Shown here in pieces: positions 28,273 through 38,553 of a DNA stretch of 64,000 bases. Within the stretch, counting starts at the first letter, position 1. Each line of letters starts with the position of its first letter. The notes below the pieces were generated by a model. That model saw nothing but the letters and a program-made list of their open reading frames with translations. It was not told the origin of the DNA and searched no databases. Source of the DNA: an uncultured bacterium (GTDB lineage Bacteria > Gemmatimonadota > Gemmatimonadetes > Gemmatimonadales > Gemmatimonadaceae); the NCBI GenBank assembly GCA_963978095.1, contig CAXBQP010000002.1, forward strand, positions 1 to 64,000. The letters run 5' to 3'. A program made the position numbers and the translations under genes.

Positions 28273-29139
28273 TTACTTCCCCTTCTTCTTGGCCGCCGGC
28301 TTCGCGGCGGTCTTCTTGGGCGCCGCAGCCTTCTCGGCCTTCGGCGCAGCGGCCTTCTTCTTCGCCGCCGGAGCCTTCTCAGCCTTTTCGGCCTTCGGCG
28401 CAGCGGCCTTCTTCTTCGCAGGAGCCTTCGCCGCCGGCGCCGCCTTCGTCTCCGCCTTCGGCGCCGCCTTGCGGACCTTCACCTTCGCCACCTCCTTCTC
28501 GGCGATCGGCGCAAGCGCCTCACCCAGAGCGGCCGACTCCACCAGCACCGTGTGCGACCACAAAATGTGGTACGTCGAGACGTCGCTGTACGGCATCACG
28601 TGCACGTTCGGCAGGTTGCGGCCGGAGAGGAACACGTTCGACTTCACCCCGTCGGTGAGCACCAGCACCTTCTTGCCGGTGAGCTCGAGACGGGCGAGCA
28701 ACTGCAGCATCCGCGAGGTCTTCGGCGCGTCCCACTGGAACGCGTCGATCACGTGCAGCGCCCCTTCACCCGCACGCGCATTCAACGCGCTCTTGCGGGC
28801 CAACGCGCGCACCTGCCGCGGCACCGTCTCCGTGTACTTGCGCGGACGCGGACCGAACACCGTACCGCCGCCGACCCAGACGGGTGAACGCGTCGAGCCC
28901 GAACGGGCGCGGCCGGTCCCCTTCTGCTTCCACGGCTTCTGGTTGCCGCCGATCACTTCGCCACGCGTCTTCGTGCTGTGCGTGCCCTGGCGCTGGTTGG
29001 CCAAGTACGCCTTCACGGCCTGGTGCATGACGGGAACATTCACCGTCCCGTCGAACACCGTGCCCGGAAGGGACATACGGTCGCGCGGCGTTCCCTGAGC
29101 GGTGAACGCGGCTGCGTCGAGGTTCATGGTATCAGCCAT
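28273..29139 (-). CDS. rplD: 50S ribosomal protein uL4 with Lys/Ala/Pro-rich C-terminal tail
   Basis: RQGTHSTKTRGEV, KPWKQKGTGRARSG. Confidence 0.98.
   Translation of the reverse strand: MADTMNLDAAAFTAQGTPRDRMSLPGTVFDGTVNVPVMHQAVKAYLANQRQGTHSTKTRGEVIGGNQKPWKQKGTGRARSGSTRSPVWVGGGTVFGPRPRKYTETVPRQVRALARKSALNARAGEGALHVIDAFQWDAPKTSRMLQLLARLELTGKKVLVLTDGVKSNVFLSGRNLPNVHVMPYSDVSTYHILWSHTVLVESAALGEALAPIAEKEVAKVKVRKAAPKAETKAAPAAKAPAKKKAAAPKAEKAEKAPAAKKKAAAPKAEKAAAPKKTAAKPAAKKKGK
28327..28419. repeat. 39-nt direct repeat (one mismatch) inside the rplD tail
   Basis: agccttYtcggccttcggcgcagcggccttcttcttcgc at 28327-28365 and 28381-28419, encoding AKKKAAAPKAEKA. Confidence 0.85.
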
Positions 29140-29142
29140 CGG

Positions 29143-29826
29143 TTAACCCTGCTTGCGGACGAGGACGATCCCGTTCTTCGGACCGGCGACCGAGCCGCGG
29201 ATGTAGATCAGGTTGCGCTCCGCGTCGATCTTCTCCACGCGAAGGTGCGTCTGCGTGACGCGCTCGGCACCGTAGTGGCCCGGCATCTTCTTGCCCTTGA
29301 TGACGCGCGACGGGTCCGTGCCAGGTCCGATCGAGCCCGGACGGCGATGCTTCGTGTTGCCGTGCGTGTTCGGACCACCGCCGAAACTCCAGCGCTTCAC
29401 GACACCCTGGAACCCGCGGCCCTTCGAGGTGCCGGTCACCTTGACCGTGTCCCCTTCGGCAAACACGCCGACCGTGATCACGTCACCGACCTTGTACGAC
29501 GGCACCTCGGGGTTCTTCCCCGGCGCGTCGTCGAGACGGAACGAACGGAGGACCGCCGGCGCCGCCGACAAGCCGGCCTTGGCCGCATGTCCGAGCTCCG
29601 CCGCGGCCGCGCGATTCCCCTTGGGAGTCCGCTCGCCCTTCTTCGAGTCGCGCGCCGTGCGCTGCGACTCGAAACCAAGTTCGATGGAATCGAAGCCCGC
29701 CACCTCCTTCGTCATCACCTTCGTGACGGGATTCGGAGCGGCCTCCACCACCGTGCACGGGATCTGCTGCCCCGCCGCATTGAAGATCTGGGTCATCCCC
29801 AGCTTTCTGCCGATAATGCCGATCAT
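29143..29826 (-). CDS. rplC: 50S ribosomal protein uL3
   Basis: GRKLGMTQIF, SKGRGFQGVVKR, KGKKMPGHYG. Confidence 0.98.
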   Translation of the reverse strand: MIGIIGRKLGMTQIFNAAGQQIPCTVVEAAPNPVTKVMTKEVAGFDSIELGFESQRTARDSKKGERTPKGNRAAAAELGHAAKAGLSAAPAVLRSFRLDDAPGKNPEVPSYKVGDVITVGVFAEGDTVKVTGTSKGRGFQGVVKRWSFGGGPNTHGNTKHRRPGSIGPGTDPSRVIKGKKMPGHYGAERVTQTHLRVEKIDAERNLIYIRGSVAGPKNGIVLVRKQG

Positions 29827-29957
29827 TGTTTCCTCATGGCGTAGTCACGGCCCGGTCCCACCGTCACCGGATGGCTGCCGTTGGACTGTGGCGTGCCGCG
29901 CGACCGATGCGGGGACGACTCCCCGACGACATTCGCGCGCGGTACGTCTGCTAGGTG

Positions 29958-30266
29958 CTACTGAACCTTGATCTCGACGTCCACACCGGCCGGCAGATCG
30001 AGCTTCGTCAGCGCGTCCACCGTCTGGGCACGGGAATCGAGAATGTCGATCACCCGCTTGTGCGTCTTCAACTCGAACTGCTCACGCGACTTCTTGTCGA
30101 CGTGCGGGGACCGCAACACGGTCCAACGCTGCGTCTTCGTCGGGAGCGGAATCGGCCCCGACACCTGCGCCCCGGTCTTCTCGGCCGTACGCACGATGTC
30201 ACCCGCGGCCTGATCGATCACCGCATGGTCGAACGCCTTCAAACGGATACGGATTCTGCCAGCCAT
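29958..30266 (-). CDS. rpsJ: 30S ribosomal protein uS10
   Basis: [31 protein letters not shown]. Confidence 0.99.
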   Translation of the reverse strand: MAGRIRIRLKAFDHAVIDQAAGDIVRTAEKTGAQVSGPIPLPTKTQRWTVLRSPHVDKKSREQFELKTHKRVIDILDSRAQTVDALTKLDLPAGVDVEIKVQ

Positions 30267-30332
30267 GTTACTCTCAGTGAAGAGACCCGCCCGGCGCCGC
30301 CGTTGCGACGGCGCCGGTAGGTCCGGTTCCGC

Positions 30333-31535
<1,203 letters not shown>

Positions 31536-31613
31536 TGTCGAATCCTGCTGCTGGTTGGTTGATGGAAACCGGTGATACTGCGCTTGAAAATCCCCTGCCC
31601 TCCCGTGCCCTGC

Positions 31614-33740
<2,127 letters not shown>

Positions 33741-34216
33741 CGTAATCGAAATCCCGTATTTGCGTCGTTCGCGGCAGACTGTCCCGTCGCGAGGTAGGGG
33801 TACTCGTCTTCACGCCTTCGGCCCAACAGCGCCCCCGAGCCTCCGGGAGCAAAAATGCGGCTGGACCAGTCACCCTGATCGCGCGCAACATGAGCATCGC
33901 TGCGACGGCAGGATTGGTATCCATCCGCTCTCGCCGGGTACATTCGCCACTGTTGCGCGAACGGGGACCCTCGGCGCGCCGGAAGTGGCAACGGCAATCG
34001 TGAGCAACAGCTCCCACGATTCCTTCCGACGTCGAATTGTCCTGCGTTGCTTTTCGGGAACCTCGGTGTCCGCACAGAGCGGAAACGTTCGGTAGACTGA
34101 TCCCACAATCCCCGCGCGTGCACGTACACCATCCGCACGTTGGCGAGCCCATAAGTCCCGGTACGCAGTTCACCGGTTTTGCTCAGGCGCGAGTCACTTT
34201 TTGCCAGAGCCTTGGT

Positions 34217-34244
34217 AAGATAGCGCGAGCGGCCCTTAAGTCAA
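34217..34244 (-). promoter_or_regulatory. Putative sigma70 promoter for the fusA-tuf-S10-spc transcript
   Basis: TTGACT-N16-TATCTT on the minus strand, just downstream of a terminator. Confidence 0.6.
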
Positions 34245-34297
34245 CCGCTGGGGGACCCCAGCCTTCCGGGATCCTCCGAACGGCTCAGGCCTCCTCT

Positions 34298-34334
34298 AAA
34301 TGAAACAGGGCGCCGCCCATCCGGACGGCGCCCC
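34298..34334 (-). terminator. Intrinsic terminator closing the flgM unit
   Basis: GGGGCGCCGTCC-GGAT-GGGCGGCGCCCT followed by GTTTCATTT. Confidence 0.65.
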
Positions 34335-34352
34335 TTCTCCCCCCTTCCTGCG

Positions 34353-34517
34353 TCAGGCTTCGCTGACCGCCCCGCCCGACGCCTCGCTCCCCCAGGACAG
34401 CGAGCCGCTGGTCCCATCGCGGGCTGGAACCGCCCGCAACGTCGAGACCTCAAGGTCCACGGCGCGGAGCGCCACTTCGGAGTTGTACAGAATCTCTTCG
34501 ATGCGAGCGGGCGTCAT
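34353..34517 (-). CDS. Small 54-aa ORF downstream of flgM (absent from the ORF track)
   Basis: MTPARIEEILYNSEVALRAVDLEVSTLRAVPARDGTSGSLSWGSEASGGAVSEA; fills the space between the flgM stop and the terminator. Confidence 0.5.
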   Translation of the reverse strand: MTPARIEEILYNSEVALRAVDLEVSTLRAVPARDGTSGSLSWGSEASGGAVSEA

Positions 34518-34554
34518 GGCAATCTCAGTAAGGACAAAGGAAAACAGATGACGA

Positions 34555-34845
34555 CTAGAGGTCGCCGGACTTCAGGATCGCACGAGCGACCGAGTCCAGG
34601 ACCGCCGTGGAGTCGTAGGCCTTCTGGTTGACCCGCTGGCGGATCTCCGCCAACCGCGCGGTGTTCGCGGCATCGCCCTTCGACATGGCGAGCCCCTCGG
34701 CCGAGAGGGTGACGGCATCGCGCGCGGGCGCACGAGTGGCCGCAACGGGAGACGCCACCGACGGCGCGCTCGGCTTGGCCGTTTCGCGGTTGACGGTGTT
34801 GGCGGCGAGCTTTGACGCTTGGGTGCCGATGTTTCCGATCTTCAT
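34555..34845 (-). CDS. flgM: Anti-sigma28 factor FlgM
   Basis: DAVTLS...RLAEIRQRV...YD...VARAIL pattern; strong RBS AGGAGG; sigma28 promoter upstream. Confidence 0.8.
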   Translation of the reverse strand: MKIGNIGTQASKLAANTVNRETAKPSAPSVASPVAATRAPARDAVTLSAEGLAMSKGDAANTARLAEIRQRVNQKAYDSTAVLDSVARAILKSGDL

Positions 34846-34869
34846 TCGATGTTTCCTCCTGTACCAGCA

Positions 34870-34896
34870 ATATCGACACGCGGCGTGAAAACTTTA
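34870..34896 (-). promoter_or_regulatory. sigma28 (FliA) promoter for flgM
   Basis: TAAA-N15-GTCGATAT. Confidence 0.8.
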
Positions 34897-34929
34897 GCGG
34901 CCGCTCAGCATGACGGTCCGATTGGCGCG

Positions 34930-35307
34930 CTAGTAACGGACTTCGAAACTTCTTGCATGATCCGCGCCAGCGCCACTGGAGGCGGCCATGACCCCGTCCA
35001 GGGGGAAGGCCGCACCGGCTCCGGGCGACGAAGCCAAAGCGACCGCAGCCTGTTCACGCACATTCGAGGCTCGGGCACGCGCGGCTCGCAACATCGCCGG
35101 TTGACGGCTGACCTGCGTCGTGGCGAGCGCGATCATATCCGCCACGGACCAGCTGGGTTGCTCCGCCGGCCCGCGATCCCCTCCGGTCCCCGTGACCGAC
35201 GAACCAGCCGACGCGCTGAGATCCGGACTGGCGTCCGAGAGGGTCGCAAGCATCACGAGCCCACCCCAACGCGCCCCGGGCGGCACCTGTCGCCGATATA
35301 TCTTCAC
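34930..35307 (-). CDS. Hypothetical protein with a flagellin C-terminus-like segment
   Basis: GTG start overlaps the upstream stop (GTGA); lies in a sigma28-driven unit. Confidence 0.5.
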   Translation of the reverse strand: MKIYRRQVPPGARWGGLVMLATLSDASPDLSASAGSSVTGTGGDRGPAEQPSWSVADMIALATTQVSRQPAMLRAARARASNVREQAAVALASSPGAGAAFPLDGVMAASSGAGADHARSFEVRY

Positions 35308-35732
35308 TTCGTCAGCCGGAGGTAGGACCGGCTGGACGGGGCGCCGGGAGGGGCGACGGGATGAACACCAGGCTGTCCGCTCAGCGGGGACCGGGCCTGA
35401 TCCACCGCCTTGGCCGGCAAGGCCGTGTACGTGGAGGCAACAGCCTCGACCGCGTCAAGCGGGGCTTCACCGTTCGTCAAGCGTGCCTTCAGCTCGTCGA
35501 GTATGCGTTGGAGTTCCTTCCCGAAATCGCCGGGCAGCGGCTTGGCACTCGGCGATTCTTGCCGCAGCGCCTCGCGAAGTGCCGGATAGTTGACCGTCAG
35601 GTGATCCGTCACACGCGCACCGACACGTACGTCGAGCGATGAAACCCGAACAGCGGCCGATGGCGGAGCGGTCGGCTTCACGAGCCGAGGCTGCGGCCGC
35701 ACGTCGGCGTTCGCGGTTCGGATGAGAGTCAT
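35304..35732 (-). CDS. Hypothetical protein under sigma28 control
   Basis: Open frame with a helical central segment. Start at 35732 (or 35747 if leaderless), given the promoter position. Confidence 0.55.
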   Translation of the reverse strand: MTLIRTANADVRPQPRLVKPTAPPSAAVRVSSLDVRVGARVTDHLTVNYPALREALRQESPSAKPLPGDFGKELQRILDELKARLTNGEAPLDAVEAVASTYTALPAKAVDQARSPLSGQPGVHPVAPPGAPSSRSYLRLTK

Positions 35733-35754
35733 GGTGAAGGAATCCATGCCTGAT

Positions 35755-35782
35755 ATGTCGGCCCAATGCTTGCAAGACTTTA
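35755..35782 (-). promoter_or_regulatory. sigma28 promoter
   Basis: TAAA-N16-GCCGACAT. Confidence 0.7.
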
Positions 35783-35937
35783 GGCATGCGGCGCAATCGG
35801 ACCGCCGGAAGGGGGGCACATACATTTAATGCACGAACTATGGGTCGACTGGTGGAGTCCCCAGGGTGCTCCCGGTGTGGAGGATCGGCGCCGGTCAGGG
35901 GGGAGCGATTCGGTTTGGGGGCGGAGTTCCAGCGCCG

Positions 35938-35952
35938 TGGCACGAATCGTGC
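35938..35952 (+). promoter_or_regulatory. sigma54 (-24/-12) promoter for flgL-fliW
   Basis: TGGCAC-GAATC-GTGC. Confidence 0.65.
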
Positions 35953-36012
35953 GGAAACCCCTGTCGAGGCGGCAGCTTTGTCCGCCACCACCCGTTGAGG
36001 GATGCTCCTGCG

Positions 36013-36915
36013 ATGCGTGTCACGAACTTCAGCATCAGCGATTCCGCCGTTCTCAATCTGAGTGCGCTCCGCGGACAGGTCGACGCGGCGCAGCAGCAGA
36101 TTTCGAGCGGCAAGCGCTTCACCGAGGCGTCGGCCGATCCGGCCGCCGCGCACGGCGTGATGCAGAATCAGAGCCAGTTACGGGCGGTCACCCAGTATCA
36201 ACGCAACGTCGGACTCGCGACATCACGGGCGACCCTGGAAGAGTCCGCCCTGAATCAGTTGGGAGACATTCTGACGCGTGCGCGGGAACTCGGCATCGCA
36301 CAGGCGACCGGAACCGCCAGCGCCAGCACCCGCAGTGCCGCCGGCACGGAGATCAGCCAGCTCCTGGCGCAGGCGGTGAACCTGGGCAACTCCAAGGATG
36401 GCGCCGACTATCTGTTCGGCGGCACCTCGTCCAGCACGGCACCCTACACCATCGATACCACCGGCGCCTCAGCGACTTTTGCCGTCTCCGGACAACCGAC
36501 CGGCGTTCGCGCCGTCCAGATCGGAAGCGGACAGCAACTGACGCCGACGCACGATGGCGCCACCGTCTTCGGGACCAGCAGCGCCGGACCGTTGAAGACC
36601 CTGCAGGACATGGCCGCGGCCTTGGCTTCGAATGATGTGCCGCGTTTGCAGTCCCTGATCGGCGAGGCCAACGCGGCCTTCGACAAGGTCCAGAGCCAAC
36701 TCGGCGAAGTCGGCGCGCGCGCGAGTCAGTTGCAACTCGCGGATTCCAACTTGTCCTCGCTCTCCCAGCAGCTGCAAGCATCGACGTCGACGCTGCAGGA
36801 TGTGGATGTGGAAGCCGCCATCACCATGCTCACGTCACGACAGACGGCGTATCAGGCAGCGATGGCCGCGACGTCACGCATCCTCAATCTCTCACTCACC
36901 GACTACCTCAAATGA
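36013..36915 (+). CDS. flgL: Hook-filament junction protein FlgL
   Basis: MRVT...QQQISSGKR...SADP, YLFGG, DVDVEAAI...AYQAAM...LSLTDYLK. Confidence 0.92.
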   Translation: MRVTNFSISDSAVLNLSALRGQVDAAQQQISSGKRFTEASADPAAAHGVMQNQSQLRAVTQYQRNVGLATSRATLEESALNQLGDILTRARELGIAQATGTASASTRSAAGTEISQLLAQAVNLGNSKDGADYLFGGTSSSTAPYTIDTTGASATFAVSGQPTGVRAVQIGSGQQLTPTHDGATVFGTSSAGPLKTLQDMAAALASNDVPRLQSLIGEANAAFDKVQSQLGEVGARASQLQLADSNLSSLSQQLQASTSTLQDVDVEAAITMLTSRQTAYQAAMAATSRILNLSLTDYLK

Positions 36916-37382
36916 ACGACATGCAATCTGACGTCACCATGCGGATGACGACGATCCAGTCGGAGTTGTTCGGCCCGCTCGCAGTGGCCGACGATGCGTT
37001 CGTGGACTTCCCCGCCGGCATCCCGGGATTCCCGACGTGCCAGCGCTGGGTGTTCATCACCGGTGCCAAGCAGGGGACGGCATGGCTGCAGTCGGTCGAT
37101 CGCTCGGGGCTCGCCTTCCTGCTCGTGGATCCGTTCCTCGCCTTCGAAGGATACTCGGTGGAGCTGAGCGACTCGGATGTGCGTCGTCTCGATGCGGGAC
37201 AGCCGAATGAAGTCGCGGTCTACGCGATCGTCACCTTGCCGGGACGTCCGGGCGAGCACGCGACGGCGAATCTGCAGGGCCCGTTGCTCTTGAATCACGG
37301 ACGACGCCGCGGCATGCAACTCGTGCTCGGTGACGGCCCGTGGGGCATCCGCGAATCGTTGCCGGTGACGAAGATCGCGTAA
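36912..37382 (+). CDS. fliW: Flagellar assembly factor FliW
   Basis: FPAGIPGF, WLQSV, FLLVDPF, TANLQGPL. Confidence 0.92.
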   Translation: MNDMQSDVTMRMTTIQSELFGPLAVADDAFVDFPAGIPGFPTCQRWVFITGAKQGTAWLQSVDRSGLAFLLVDPFLAFEGYSVELSDSDVRRLDAGQPNEVAVYAIVTLPGRPGEHATANLQGPLLLNHGRRRGMQLVLGDGPWGIRESLPVTKIA

Positions 37383-37526
37383 GAGCGGCATGCGAGCGCC
37401 GTCGCAGTTCGGATCGCGACGCTCGAAGTTCAGCACGCGCTTTTCAGAAAATCCGACATCGGTCGATATAGAGTGAGTGAACGCAGGAGCAGTGAACGCA
37501 ACTTCGAACGCGTGGCGAATCAGCGC

Positions 37527-37553
37527 TAAAGTTCGAGACGAGTCTGACGATAA
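37527..37553 (+). promoter_or_regulatory. sigma28 promoter for flagellin
   Basis: TAAA-N15-GACGATAA. Confidence 0.8.
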
Positions 37554-37589
37554 TGGACTCAGGAGGCGATGCACCGTGCATCGACTCAC

Positions 37590-37607
37590 GAGGGAACGGA
37601 TTCCCTC
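37590..37607 (+). promoter_or_regulatory. CsrA-type binding hairpin in the flagellin 5' UTR
   Basis: GAGGGA-ACGGAT-TCCCTC: ANGGA in the hairpin loop, 24 nt before the ATG. Confidence 0.65.
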
Positions 37608-37631
37608 CAACACACACTAGGGAGCAAGACC

Positions 37632-38459
37632 ATGCGCATCAACACGAACGTCAGTGCCCTCTCGGCGGCCCGCAACCTCACCAACACCCAGAACGCGGTT
37701 GCAGCCTCCACCCAGAAGCTCTCCTCGGGCTTCCGCATCACCCGCGCGGCCGATGACGCTGCCGGCCTCGGCACGGCGAACGTCCTGCGCTCGGACATCC
37801 GCGCCTACAACCAGGCCACGCGCAACGCGGAGCAGGCGAACTCGGTGTACAGCATCGCGGAAGGCGCCGCCTCGTCGGTGCAGACGATGCTGGAGCGCAT
37901 GAAGGAGCTCGCGACGCAGGCCGCGTCGGACACGGTGGACAGCAACGGCCGCGGTCGCATCAACGACGAGTTCACGCAGCTCGCGGCGGAAATCGATCGC
38001 ACGGTCAGCGGCACGAAGTTCCAGGGCGGCGCCCTGCTCGACGGCACCTACTCGGCGACCTTCCTCGTCGGCGCCTCGGGCGACTACACCGGCAACGACA
38101 CCCTGGCGGTGGACGGCAGCAAGATGGATCTCTCGACGACCACGCTCGGCGTCGGCTCGTCCACGGTCGACACGCTCTCCAACGCGCAGTCCGCGCTGAC
38201 CGCTCTCGACACCGCGATCGGCAAGGTCAACTCGGCCCTCGGGTACATCGGCGCCAGCCAGAGCCGCATGGAGAATGCGGTGGCGAACCTGAAGACCACC
38301 GTGCAGAACTACTCGGCCGCGGAAAGCACGATCCGCGACGTCGACATGGCTGACGAGATGGTGACCTTCTCGAAGAACAACATCCTCGCGCAGGCCGGCA
38401 CCGCGATCCTCGCCCAGGCCAACCAGGCCGGCCAGGGCATCCTGAAGCTCCTCGGCTGA
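37632..38459 (+). CDS. fliC: Flagellin (275 aa, D0/D1 only)
   Basis: MRINTNVSAL, KLSSGFRITRAADDAAGL, AESTIRDVDMA, LAQANQ. Confidence 0.97.
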   Translation: MRINTNVSALSAARNLTNTQNAVAASTQKLSSGFRITRAADDAAGLGTANVLRSDIRAYNQATRNAEQANSVYSIAEGAASSVQTMLERMKELATQAASDTVDSNGRGRINDEFTQLAAEIDRTVSGTKFQGGALLDGTYSATFLVGASGDYTGNDTLAVDGSKMDLSTTTLGVGSSTVDTLSNAQSALTALDTAIGKVNSALGYIGASQSRMENAVANLKTTVQNYSAAESTIRDVDMADEMVTFSKNNILAQAGTAILAQANQAGQGILKLLG

Positions 38460-38487
38460 TTCTGGCCAGTAGTCCGGAGTTCCATCA

Positions 38488-38529
38488 CACGACGTCCCCG
38501 GGACCGAGCATGGTTCCGGGGGCGTCGTG
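38488..38529 (+). terminator. Long hairpin between fliC and fliD (attenuating or stabilising)
   Basis: CACGACGTCCCCGGGACC-N6-GGTTCCGGGGGCGTCGTG with a pyrimidine-rich tail. Confidence 0.55.
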
Positions 38530-38553
38530 CTCCTTCCCTTCGTTGGCCCTCAC

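Noticed and set aside
30288..30325. Hairpin between tuf and rpsJ
   Set aside because: No clear U-tract; probably an ordinary mRNA-stabilising stem.
37383..37526. Possible csrA or small peptide after fliW; AGTGAACGCA direct repeat (37476, 37491); second sigma28-like -10 box at 37462
   Set aside because: No CsrA-like translation; only two repeat copies; the -35 element is poor.
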